Shown here piece by piece: positions 1 to 13,668 of a DNA stretch of 64,000 nt; position 1 is the first letter of the stretch, and each line of letters begins with the position of its first letter. Made by a program: the position numbers and the translations under genes. The notes under the pieces were generated by a model. That model ran no database searches, was not told the DNA's origin, and saw nothing but the letters and a program-made list of their open reading frames with translations. The stretch comes from Eledone cirrhosa (taxonomy: Eukaryota): contig OZ024740.1 in assembly GCA_964016885.1 (NCBI GenBank), positions 160,208,001-160,272,000 of the forward strand, written 5' to 3'.

Positions 1-565
1 ATCACACCAATATAACCTACAGTTTCAAAATCATATGTTTTTGTTCTTTCCTTAGAGGTTAGATTAAGATTTCCCTCTTTTAATTCTTGGAGTAGACTTA
101 GATATTTTCTCTAGTCAATGATGTTTCTCTTAATTCTTCATATCCAGAAATGATCTATTTTCCACTGTTAACCCATTTTGGGGGCTTTAACTTCCAGTCT
201 CTTGGCAACTAATAATGCTGCACTGGTAAGCAGCTTATGTGTTTCAGTAATGTCATTGGTCTTTACATTGCCAATATTGTTGTTGACTGATTCTATCTCA
301 GCTTTGATCTCATCCCATTTGATGTTTTTTTATGGATGGGGATCACCAGTGGTAAGTCACCTTGATATACATCTCTTAACCTTGATAAATCATTTTCATG
401 TTCATTCAACAACCTGATGTTATCATTTACATTATCAATGTCTAATCTCTGGTGTCTTACTGTTGGTTCAGCTGGATGAGATGGCATAGTAACTCATACT
501 TCCTCAATTCCAATAATGTTCTCTTTAATAGCAAGTGCTTCAGACTCATCAACCAAGTTCCCCTT
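1..565 (-). mobile_element. Degenerate N-terminal ORF fragment of an R4/Dong-like non-LTR retrotransposon (runs off window)
   Basis: Minus-strand translation across a frameshift gives ...IKWDEIKAEIESVNNNIGNVKTNDITETHKLLTSAALLVAKRLEVK...W.NR, resembling the pre-RT 'ITETN.L.Y.AA.VV...LG.K' region of R4/Dong elements. Stops and frameshifts are present. Confidence 0.5.
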
Positions 566-765
566 TTCCTGATTTAGGCACAAGGCCAACAATTTCAAGG
601 AAGATGAAAGTCAATTTAATCAACCCAAAGGCATTACTGGAGTTTTATTTTATTGACCCCATAAGGATGATTTAACCTCAGCAGGATTTGAAGTCAGAAT
701 GTAAAGAATTAGAACAAATACTGCAAGGTATTTGTCTGACATTTCAACGATTCTACCAATCCAAT
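566..765 (-). mobile_element. Degenerate cephalopod-type SINE (Nin-like central domain)
   Basis: Reverse complement of the family motifs TCAAATCC..GAGGTT...CATCCTTATGGGGTCAATAAA and GGCCTTGTGCC seen in better copies at 26852-27178. Confidence 0.65.
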
Positions 766-1076
766 AACAGCAACAAAAATAATAACAATAACAAAAATAA
801 TTGCTGCCTATTGCATTGTATTGTAGCTGATTATCAGGTTGAAATACCATTACATTCCAGAGAATAGCTGTCAGCCCAATATATATATAGCTTCGTCTTT
901 CAATTAAATGAGCAATTAAAATAACAATTGGACTATGTTGTAGTGTGGGGAGCATAGGATAACAGATAAAAACATGTAAGTCAGTAAATAAATCAACAAA
1001 CACATAAACAGTGGTGACAATTTGGCAAATCAAAACTAAATCTGGAAACAAGAATCATTATATTTTTTATTATCAT

Positions 1077-1079
<3 letters not shown>

Positions 1080-1133
<54 letters not shown>

Positions 1134-1233
1134 TTAAACGATGATGATGATGGTGGTGATGTGTGTGTGTCTGTATGTTTGTATATATACATATTTGTCT
1201 CTATATAAATGTATATACATATATATACATACA

Positions 1234-1292
<59 letters not shown>

Positions 1293-1383
1293 GTATATAT
1301 ATATATTGTTATACCTTGGGAGGGTCATGCTGCCAACACACAATTTCAGATAAAGAATCTTGCTAAACAAATTCAGAAACGAA

Positions 1384-1452
<69 letters not shown>

Positions 1453-1497
1453 TAATATATATATATATATGTATATATATATATGTATATATATATA

Positions 1498-1529
<32 letters not shown>

Positions 1530-1806
1530 TAATATATATATATATATGTGTGTAGGTATATATATATATATATATATACGTATGTATATATATATATGAA
1601 TGTATATATATATGAATGTATATATATATGAATGTATATATGCATTTATATATATATATATATATATATATGAATGTATATATATATATGAATGTATATA
1701 TATATGAATGTATATATGTATTTATATATATATATATGAATGTATATATATGTATGTATATATATATATATATAAATATATATATGAATGTATATATATG
1801 TATGTA

Positions 1807-1846
<40 letters not shown>

Positions 1847-1925
1847 CATACATATATATATATACATACATATATATATATACATACATATATACTTACA
1901 TATATATATATATACACATACATAG
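1080..1925. repeat. Degenerate (TA)n microsatellite field with short inserted islands
   Basis: Directly visible. Similar fields at about 3263-3393, 6940-7195, 9617-10057, 11369-11757, 14395-14930, 15160-15740, 17040-17860, 22540-22700, 23390-23995, 27297-27757, 28257-28695, 32945-33905, 37838-38450, 38725-39050, 62040-62355 and 62772-62925. Confidence 0.97.
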
Positions 1926-3259
1926 TATGTCTACAGAGTAAAGAAAATATGGTCATCAGAACTGTCAGCATACAACAAATACATTGCCCACAATACTTAT
2001 GCTGTGCCAATTCTAACGCCAACATTTGGCCTGCTGAACTGGTCATTGCAAGAACTAAGTGAGATGGATGTTAGAACTCGAAAACTTCTCAGTGTTATTG
2101 GGAACTTTAACATCAATGGTGATGTGGATAGACTATACTTCACATGCAAGGAAGGTGGCCAGGGTCTAAAATCCATATTAACAGTATGTGAGACCCGGAT
2201 AGTAACACTGAAGCAACACCTTCAACAGAGGAAAAAGGTTGGCAAACCATCTTGCCCAGGTTTATGAGCATGAAAAAAAAAATATCATTAGAATAGCGAC
2301 TGATCTGGAGGAGAGATATGGAATAAAGCCTGATATAAATCTCTCACCCAGAGAAATCGGAAGATCCTATTCAATGTTCAAACAAGATAAAAAAAACTGA
2401 CCAATTTACAGAAAAAGTTGTGCATGGATACTTGAGACATAAAACACAGACTATAGAGGGGATAAACCACTCAAAAAGCCTGGCATGGAGTTCCGACAAG
2501 TTTATGACATCACACCTTGAGGGATATCTCTATGCAATACAGGAACAAGAATTCCCTACCAAATATCTGCTGCACAAAAGAGGAGGGCCAGCAGCTGACA
2601 ATAAATGTAGGCTACGTAAAACAAAGATCGAGGATGTAAGCCACATTGTTGCCAGCTGCGAAAGAATGTCATCTCGCTACTACCGCCCCAAGAGACACGA
2701 TGGGGTAGCTAGAACCATCTGGAACGTACTTCGGAAAACAAAATTAACAACAAACGAGGAAGAATATATTGAGACAGATGGCACTAAGGAATACTGGTGG
2801 TACCTGAAAATAAAAACTGCCACCAAATTAAAGCACAACCGTCCTGATATTGTTGTTTGGGACCACACATTGAAAACGTGTTCTGTTGTGGAGATCAGCT
2901 GCCCACTTGATGTAAACGTTGTCAGAAAAATACAGGAGAAGGAGGACATCTACGGACCATTGATGAGGAGTTTACAAATCCAGTATCCAAGATACACCTT
3001 TAGCTTCATACCCATCATTATTGGAGCTACGGGTTATATACCAACCCGCTTGGACCAAAGTATGACTGAACATGGATTTGCGGACAAAAAGCGCAGCTCC
3101 CTAATTCATAGTCTACAAATGGCTGCGATAGGTGGCACCTTCAAAATTTGCAAAACATTCTTGCAATTCAAGGTATGACAATTTCTTTTCTTTTACAACC
3201 TTGCCACCAGGGAGGTGGCCGGTCAAAAAAATAAATACTCGAAATTAAGAGAAAGAGAT

Positions 3260-3262
<3 letters not shown>
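1925..3262 (+). mobile_element. 5'-truncated R4/Dong-clade (RLE-type) non-LTR retrotransposon in (TA)n
   Basis: Post-RT motifs [34 protein letters not shown] and RLYFTCKEGGQGL, followed by the frameshifted C-terminal ORF. A short 3' UTR with a GCCACC/GGTGGC hairpin runs into (TA)n. Both flanks are (TA)n. Confidence 0.85.
2420..3178 (+). pseudogene. C-terminal zinc knuckle plus restriction-like endonuclease (RLE) domain of R4/Dong ORF
   Basis: AIQEQ motif, CRL(R)...EDVSHIVASC (CCHC with one Cys lost), RHD, KHNRPDIVV, VVEISCP and KEDIY (PD-(D/E)xK-type RLE). Confidence 0.85.
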
Positions 3263-3326
<64 letters not shown>

Positions 3327-3356
3327 ACATATATATATATACATACATATATACAT

Positions 3357-3396
<40 letters not shown>

Positions 3397-3597
3397 TTAG
3401 TTATACTATTTATGGTTATGTAAACACAAAACCTTAAGCAGTTGTAAGTATTTTACACACACCCTAAATAGTGGTAGGCAGTAATGTATTACTACCTTAT
3501 TACCAGTAAGTTAAGTAGCTCAATGTAAAAACATCAGATGATTTACAGAGCAGTTATATGAAATATAAGAATCAAAGAACTGTTCAAAACATTATTG

Positions 3598-3644
3598 TGC
3601 TTACAGCTGTTTCCTCCAAACCGAGGTTTGGATTCTTCGGAGCA
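3598..3644 (-). ncRNA. Type I hammerhead ribozyme motif (CCGAAGA core)
   Basis: Minus strand: TGCT-CCGAAGA-A-TCCAAACC/TC/GGTTTGGA-G-GAAA-CAGCTG-TA-AGCA. Confidence 0.75.
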
Positions 3645-4664
3645 ATTTATTAATGCATGGACAGTTATATGACCTCCTTTTCAGCCGAGAGACATACCAA
3701 TACATATTCAAACATTGATACATATTCAAACATTGTGGGTCAACATTCATTACAGAATTTAGAGTGGCAGTACACACTTCGAGATTACATTTATATTAAT
3801 AGGTACAATCAAAAATCAAAGATATAGGTTAAAGTACAACATGAAGATAAGTGGTTATATAGTGCAAATGTTATATGTGTGGCACGCATGTGCGTCTTGT
3901 TTATATAGTGTGGCAGAGAGATATGTGTGGTAGAGGCACTTAGGTAGGTAAATAAGAGTGTTAGGTTGGTAGATCTGGTGGCAAAGTCTTTATATGATTG
4001 ATATAGTCTGTGTGTGGAGAAATATTATAAGCATTAAAGATAGTGCAAGCATTAAAAGTGTTATAAGTATTGGAGATGCACAGCGCAGGGATGTCAAGTA
4101 ATTCATGTACTTCGGCATTTTCATGGTCAAGGGAGTGTATATTTCGATTATATGCCTTTCACATAATCCACGACAATCCAGTTAGAGATCGTAGTCTGGT
4201 GTTCTTTAGTTCGATACAGGAGGTTGTTACGTTTCGAGAAACGCCATTGAATACCGGAAGTGTGTGTGTGGCTAAGGGGAGTTAATGCATGCGGGGAGGT
4301 AACTCTGGGGTTTCTATATCTAGCCATTAAAATGTGTCCCAGTATAGACCCTAAATTCTATGGTGAGGTGCACCTTCCAAGAGAGACTTTTAAAGCATAA
4401 AGTGTACTAACTATAGAGTAGTTTAACTAAATTATGCTGAAGGTGATCATATTATTATTAAGGTGGATTAACCCATCTTAAGGTGCTACAAATGGAAATT
4501 ATAGATGATGAGCGAGGATTCTAAATTAATGATCTCTGTGGTTGTAGTCTGCTCATATGACCAGGCGCGGTGATTGCAGGATTGCTTCAGGACCCAATGA
4601 TCTCTGGTAAGATCTGGGTCATCGCTTGCTACATTGGATGTCGAAAGATAATCGTCCCCAGGCA

Positions 4665-4979
4665 AAATCAGATATAATCAAAATCAGATATAACTCGCAC
4701 ATCCACTCGTTCAAAAAGCACAGCCTAGCCAACTCCACCTCACTTTCTAGCTACATACACTATCTAAAATCTAAAAATAAACCATACACACTCAAATGGG
4801 AAGTGATAGGCAGCGCGACCTCGTACAAACCACCTAATAAATTCTGTAACCTCTGTATACTAGAGACACACAATATTATCTTCTCCAACCGTAACCTACT
4901 TAACAAAAAATCTGAGGTGTTTGCAACTTGCCAGCACCGCCTCAGACATTCCTTCCAAAACTTTAAGCCCTATATATAG
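4665..4979 (+). pseudogene. PLE GIY-YIG endonuclease C-terminal fragment
   Basis: KIRYNSHIHSFK...TSLSSYIHYLK...LKWEVI...CNLCILE...LLNKKSEVFATCQH aligns by eye with the end of ORF 34446-36518. Confidence 0.85.
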
Positions 4980-6404
4980 CAATGTCGGACTGGAACCTAA
5001 CACCACATCTAGCATCAAACACCAGAGACACACCCTATACTACATACCCAACACTAGCTGATCCATTATAACACAAACAACGACATCCCTCTGGAACCCT
5101 TCGCAGGGAAAATACCCATTTATACCTCTACGGCAGGTGTGACAACATCCACCCACTTGGACGGCACTACACCGCTCTAAGGGTAATTTGAGCATGAATT
5201 GATCGGTTGGATGGTGTTGGGCAGAGGAAACACCTTCCTTAGACAGATGTAAAATGATTTAATCGAGTAGCGCTGTTGACCAGTAGGACCGGGCTGCTGA
5301 GCGCAGTGAGTGAATGCAATGCAACTGCCGTGCGGGTTGTACGTATATGGATGATCTGACGGTCAGAGAGGGGTCGTGAGGACTGCGGATTGACCTTTGG
5401 CCTGCCTGGGGACGATTATCTTTCGACATCCAATGTAGCAAGCGATGACCCAGATCTTACCAGAGATCATTGGGTCCTGAAGCAATCCTGCAATCACCGC
5501 GCCTGGTCATATGAGCAGACTACAACCACAGAGATCATTAATTTAGAATCCTCGCTCATCATCTATAATTTCCATTTGTAGCACCTTAAGATGGGTTAAT
5601 CCACCTTAATAATAATATGATCACCTTCAGCATAATTTAGTTAAACTACTCTATAGTTAGTACACTTTATGCTTTAAAAGTCTCTCTTGGAAGGTGCACC
5701 TCACCATAGAATTTAGGGTCTATACTGGGACACATTTTAATGGCTAGATATAGAAACCCCAGAGTTACCTCCCTGCATGCATTAACTCCCCTTAGCCACA
5801 CACACACTTCCGGTATTCAATGGCGTTTCTCGAAACGTAACAACCTCCTGTATCGAACTAAAGAACACCAGACTACGATCTCTAACTGGATTGTCGTGGA
5901 TTATGTGAAAGGCATATAATCGAAATATACACTCCCTTGACCATGAAAATGCCGAAGTACATGAATTACTTGACATCCCTGCGCTGTGCATCTCCAATAC
6001 TTATAACACTTTTAATGCTTGCACTATCTTTAATGCTTATAATATTTCTCCACACACAGACTATATCAATCATATAAAGACTTTGCCACCAGATCTACCA
6101 ACCTAACACTCTTATTTACCTACCTAAGTGCCTCTACCACACATATCTCTCTGCCACACTATATAAACAAGACGCACATGCGTGCCACACATATAACATT
6201 TGCACTATATAACCACTTATCTTCATGTTGTACTTTAACCTATATCTTTGATTTTTGATTGTACCTATTAATATAAATGTAATCTCGAAGTCTGTACTGC
6301 CACTCTAAATTCTGTAATGAATGTTGACCCACAATGTTTGAATATGTATTGGTATGTCTCTCGGCTGAAAAGGAGGTCATATAACTGTCCATGCATTAAT
6401 AAAT

Positions 6405-6451
6405 TGCTCCGAAGAATCCAAACCTCGGTTTGGAGGAAACAGCTGTAAGCA
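6405..6451 (+). ncRNA. Type I hammerhead ribozyme motif (CCGAAGA core)
   Basis: TGCT-CCGAAGA-A-TCCAAACC/TC/GGTTTGGA-G-GAAA-CAGCTG-TA-AGCA; predicted cleavage after GUA. Confidence 0.75.
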
Positions 6452-6642
6452 CAATAATGTTTTGAACAGTTCTTTGATTCTTATATTTCATATATATATA
6501 TATATATATATAATGTAGGAGCTGAGTTTTATTGTAGTACAATAAAGCAATGCAGATATCGGATAAGAAGCACTCTACAGTTTGTAGGACTGGAGTATAC
6601 ATAATATATAAGAACAGAAGATGGTTAAAAGAGTTCCATGTA

Positions 6643-6709
6643 TTTTATTATGCACATTTCAAAAACAAATATCACCATGCAATAATATTTGTGTTTTCAT
6701 CAGATAAAA
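6643..6709 (-). ncRNA. Type I hammerhead ribozyme motif
   Basis: Minus strand: TTTTAT-CTGATGA-AAACACAAATATTAT...GTGATATTTGTTTTT-GAAA-TGTGCA-TA-ATAAAA. Confidence 0.72.
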
Positions 6710-6830
6710 CAGGAAGACATGATATGAAGGTTAAAAAACACTTGTGGATAGTTCAGTTTAAATCAACATATCTTGATTTAAAACTGAACTATCCACAAGT
6801 GTTTTTTAACCTTCATATCATGCCTTCCTG

Positions 6831-6897
6831 TTTTATCTGATGAAAACACAAATATTATTGCATGATGATATTTGTTTTTGAAATGCGCATAATAAAA
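6831..6897 (+). ncRNA. Type I hammerhead ribozyme motif
   Basis: TTTTAT-CTGATGA-AAACACAAATATTAT...ATGATATTTGTTTTT-GAAA-TGCGCA-TA-ATAAAA; predicted cleavage after AUA. Confidence 0.8.
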
Positions 6898-6929
6898 TAC
6901 ATGGAACTCTTTTAACCATCTTTTGTTCT

Positions 6930-7165
<236 letters not shown>

Positions 7166-7196
7166 GTAGTATATTATATATATATATATATATGTG

Positions 7197-7802
7197 TCAG
7201 GTCACCAGTTGGTGCTACTGGTACATGTATCCCAGTACAACCTGTCCCATGGTCGGGTCGTTGGCGACTAAACTGGCAACCCCACCAAGGTTTCTTGGTG
7301 AGGATGGTGACTTTGGACATCCCGCAGGACTAAAAACAAAACCTGTCAAAGGGCAAAGGAGCTCTTAAGAAGTCAATGGCCATCCAAAATCACCGGAGAG
7401 ATGACCCTTAGCCTTTGTCAAGGCAGAATTCTAGGAGAAGGAAAACTCTGATATAACACCTGCAACCCTGATGGTATCCAATGATGTTGACTTGTTCTTC
7501 TTTTTGGTAAATATCATCTTGGTTAAGAGAGTGGGACTGGCTTTGTGCAGTGCCTTTGCTCACTATAAAAGCTTCACGGCACAGGCATTGCTTTATATCT
7601 GGAGATCTCTCTGCACTTGTCGTCAGATGATACCATTGGCCTAGCTCTATGTGTCAATAATTGTCACAAGTGTAGTGTTTGTACCAGAGTTTTCAAGTCG
7701 CTGGCTGGACTAAAAGTCACACTCGTTCAGCGCATCGGTAGGCGTTCTCCTACATGGATATAAAGTAGTGGCCGTACTCCGAAAACGAGTTGGCAGCCAC
7801 CA
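7197..7802 (+). mobile_element. Non-autonomous RTE-derived element (RTE-like 5' UTR body + RTE 3' tail)
   Basis: No ORF. Contains AGGAGAAGGAAAACTCTGA, an RTE 5'-UTR-like motif. Its end, TGGCCGTACTCCGAAAACGAGTTGGCAGCCACCA, matches the RTE tail at 9584-9616. Flanked by (TA)n. Confidence 0.6.
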
Positions 7803-7828
7803 TATATGTATGTATATATATATGTATG

Positions 7829-7867
<39 letters not shown>

Positions 7868-7899
7868 CGGAGCCTATCTGTAAATGTATATATGTTGGA

Positions 7900-9616
7900 G
7901 CCTATCTCAATAAAAAATTGAGTGAAACAAGGGGATATTCCAGCACCGACCCTGTTTGCCATATACTTTGCAATGGTTTTCTGTATTGCATTCAGGAATT
8001 GCGAGCATGGTGTTTACATCCGATATCGAACCTCATGCAGCATATTTAACATCAAGCGCTTTGCTGCGAAGACAAAAGTATTTACATCAATCATAAGAGA
8101 CCTCTTGCATGCGGATGATTGCGATCTTGTAGCGCACATAGAGAGTGATATGCAGCACATTTTGAATGCATTTTCTGACGCTTGCACTGCCCTAGGTTTG
8201 ACTGTCAGTCTCAAGAAAACCGTCGTCATGTACCACCCTGCCCCTCGTAAGCAGTACACTGAACCAAACATCTATGTGTATGGCAAACGACTTGGAGTGG
8301 TTGATCAGTTTGTCTACCTGGGAAGCACTGTCAATCGATACAGCAACCTTGACAGTGAAATCTCACTTAGGATTAGGAAAGCAAGTGATGCTTTCGGAAA
8401 GCTAGAAAGGCGACTCTGTGGTCGGCGAGACATATGCAGGAGGACAAAGCTAAAGGTGTACAGGGCATGTGTGCTCTCTTGTCTTCTTTATGCCTGCGAG
8501 ACCTGGGTCACATATCGACACCACCTTAAGCAATTGGAGCGTTTTCAATCAGATGTGTCTCAGACGGATCCATGGCGTTCACTGGAGGGACCACATCAGT
8601 GATATCGAGATTTTGGAAAGCTCTATGTGTGACAGTATAGAAGCTCTTGTGCTTAAGCAACGACTCCTTTGGAGTGGTCACCTTGCCAGGATGAAGGATT
8701 CTAGAATACCAAAACAACTCTTTTATGGAGAGTTGGTTAAAGGAAAACGACCGCCACATAAACCAAAAAAGAGGTATAAGGATTCCTTGAAAGCCTCTCT
8801 GAAAGACGCTAACATCTCTGCTGATACATGGGAGAATATTGCTGCTGATCGTAATAAATGGAGAAAGACTGTATATGAGGGAAAAAGTTGCCTTTGTGGC
8901 ATCTCGAATCGCATACGAGAAAGTAAAGCGGGATGTGAGGAAGGGCATTGCTATTGCACTTCCAGATGGCGAGGGTCCTCCTATGGTGCTGACATGCAGC
9001 GTATGTGCGAGACTCTGCCTAAGCAAAGCTGGACTCGAAAGTCATATTCGCAGTCATAAAGTAAGACCAGTGGTGACTACCAGGCTGCTGTTGGAGATGC
9101 TACTCATCATGCTTGCCAAACATGTGGTAGAGAATGTAAATCAGCAGGAGGGCTCAAGCGACATGCAAAAGTACACGAACTCCAACCACAGCCGGCTATT
9201 CCCAGTAAATGTTTTGGTTGCCGACTCTGTACAAGACATTTTAGATCATTGGCTGGGCTAAAAAGCCACATTCGATCGCAGCGCTGTTAGTTGCTTCGTG
9301 TGTGTGTGTGTGTAGATATGCTTGTGTGTGTGCGTGTGTGTGTATATATATATGTATATGTATATTATTATTGTTGTTGTCGTTATTATTATTGTTGTTA
9401 TTATTATTATTATTATTATTTTTATTAATGTATGTGTGTGTGTATGTGTGTGTGTGAGTATGTGTGTGTGTGTGTGTGTATATATGTATGTATATGTATA
9501 TATATATATAAATATATTTCTTTCTTTTTTTTATTTTCTTTTTATTTATTTATTATTATTATTTTTTTTTTCTCCTCGTGCAATGGCCATACTCGATAAC
9601 GAGGGGGCAGCCATCA
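7900..9616 (+). mobile_element. 5'-truncated RTE (BovB/Expander-like) LINE, frameshifted
   Basis: VKQGDIPAPTLF, DLLHADDC, GLTVSLKKT, FVYLGS, TKLKVYRACVL..LLYACETW, WSGHLARMKDSRIPKQLFYGEL and C-terminal C2H2-type fingers. The 3' tail (9584-9616) is separated from the ORF by a microsatellite block. Confidence 0.92.
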
Positions 9617-9656
9617 TGTATATATATATATATATTTTTGTATATATATATATATG

Positions 9657-9763
<107 letters not shown>

Positions 9764-9826
9764 TGTATATATATATATATATATGTATGTATATATATAT
9801 ATATATGTATGTATATATATATATGT

Positions 9827-9889
<63 letters not shown>

Positions 9890-9914
9890 GATATATATGT
9901 ATGTATATATATGT

Positions 9915-9954
<40 letters not shown>

Positions 9955-10318
9955 GTATATATATATATGTATGTATATATATGTATATATATGTATATAT
10001 ATGTATATATATATATGTATGTATATATATATATGTGTATATATATATATGTATATATGAGAGTATTGAAGTTTGCTTGAAGCATTGTCTAACAATAAGT
10101 AAATATTTATAAGTTGTTTGGAAGCCTCGACAATGCAAATGGGTAAATCTCCGGGTAACAAGGTCCGGTGGTGGAGAGAGAGATATGTAAGTGGGTGTAC
10201 GTTGAGATGCGTGGTGTGTATAAGATGTGTGAGATGTGTAGAATGAAGGGAAGAGTAAAGAATAAAAATAATAATAACAACACAAGAGAGAGAGTTACCT
10301 TGGGAGAGATTTAATAGT

Positions 10319-10354
10319 CCCTATATATTTCGGATTCACATCCATCAACTGGGG
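10319..10354 (-). ncRNA. Minimal hammerhead-like motif, non-canonical core CAGUUGA
   Basis: Minus strand: CCC-CAGTTGA-T-GGAT/GTGA/ATCC-GAAA-TATA-TA-GGG. Confidence 0.5.
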
Positions 10355-10359
10355 ATACG

Positions 10360-10783
10360 GAGGGAGGGCCTCGACATCCACCTGGCCCACTCGGGCCCCA
10401 CCCTGCGAAGATGCCTCTCCAGAAAACCCGAAAAATCTACTAACGCATGCTCCCTCAGAGACTGCCCGATACGCCATGCTAACTGTTGCCTACGCACATA
10501 CGTCGTGTATAAGATAGAATGTGACAGGTGCAACCAATACTACATAGGTAGCACAATTCGACCTTTGCACATCCGGATCAAGGAACACATTAAAACCAGG
10601 ACCTCGTCTTTCCGGAAACACATAGACAAATGCGGAAACAAAGACGGAAGGCCCATTGTCACAATTCTAGCGACTGAAAGAAACGTCGGCACGTTACGTA
10701 TTAAGGAAGCGCTTCTTATCAAACAACTGCAACCGCAAATAAACAACCGATTAGAGAGAAGCGAAATGAAATGGCTGGTTTAA
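10360..10783 (+). pseudogene. PLE linker + GIY-YIG endonuclease (5'-truncated)
   Basis: CSLRDCPIRHANCCLRTYVVYKIECDRCNQYYIGSTIRPLHIRIKEH...FRKH...RIKEALLIKQLQPQINNR. Confidence 0.9.
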
Positions 10784-11178
10784 GTTAACAAGCGATGCAA
10801 CAACACACAACACACGCACACACACACACACGCAAACGAGACAACTACACACACACACGCACACACACAGTAGCATTCCACCATACGAACATACTACACT
10901 GCCAATACACATGAACAAGGCAACAACACACACACACACACTCAAGCGAGACAACAACACACGCACACACACACAGTAACATTTAACAAACAGGCAGAGA
11001 ATGGACTGACAGCAAGCGCCATCCCACTCCCTCATTCGGCCGCTGACCTCTGTACGACCGACCCCATTTCACGCGCACGCGCGCTCGGCCGAATACCTCA
11101 GATATTCAAATCAACAAACAGCGAAAGACGCGTTCCGAATTGTCCGACAGACAACCTTTTCCCCCACCCCGGAAAAAA

Positions 11179-11214
11179 CCCCAGTTGATGGATGTGAATC
11201 CGAAATATATAGGG
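11179..11214 (+). ncRNA. Minimal hammerhead-like motif, non-canonical core CAGUUGA
   Basis: CCC-CAGTTGA-T-GGAT/GTGA/ATCC-GAAA-TATA-TA-GGG; the same core is present in both pLTR copies. Confidence 0.5.
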
Positions 11215-11364
11215 ACTATTAAATCTCTCCCAAGGTAACTCTCTCTCTTGTGTTGTTATTATTATATTTATTCTTTACTCTTCCCTTCATTCTACACATC
11301 TCACACATCTTATACACACCACGCATCTCAACGTACACCCACTTACATATCTCTCCACCACCAT

Positions 11365-11419
<55 letters not shown>

Positions 11420-11441
11420 TGTGTGTGTATATATATATATG

Positions 11442-11520
<79 letters not shown>

Positions 11521-11597
11521 GTGTATATACATATATGTATATGTATATATGTGTATATGTGTATATATGTGTATATATGTATATATGTGTATATACA

Positions 11598-13580
<1,983 letters not shown>

Positions 13581-13668
13581 TGTATATGTATATATATATA
13601 TATGTATGTATATATATATATATATGTATATATATATGTATGCATATATATATATATATATATATATA

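Larger units (their letters stand above)
3394..6494 (+). mobile_element. Penelope-like element: inverted pLTR with tail + truncated EN + long 3' UTR/pLTR
   Basis: 3555-4664 is the reverse complement of 5403-6494, apart from an 18-nt duplication and a few substitutions. The spacer holds a GIY-YIG C-terminal fragment. Each arm carries an HHR. (TA)n lies on both sides. Confidence 0.88.
10058..11365 (+). mobile_element. Penelope-like element (CCHH-type GIY-YIG): inverted pLTR with tail + EN + pLTR
   Basis: About 10168-10354 is inverted relative to 11179-11362. The body encodes a Cys linker and a GIY-YIG domain. Flanked by (TA)n. Confidence 0.88.

Noticed and set aside
4070-5997. Two identical 71-aa ORFs on opposite strands
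   Set aside because: A by-product of the inverted pLTR; no recognisable motif.
7200-7290. Possible HDV-like or twister ribozyme at the 5' end of the RTE-derived element
   Set aside because: Hairpins are present, but I could not assemble the nested double pseudoknot or the twister consensus by eye.
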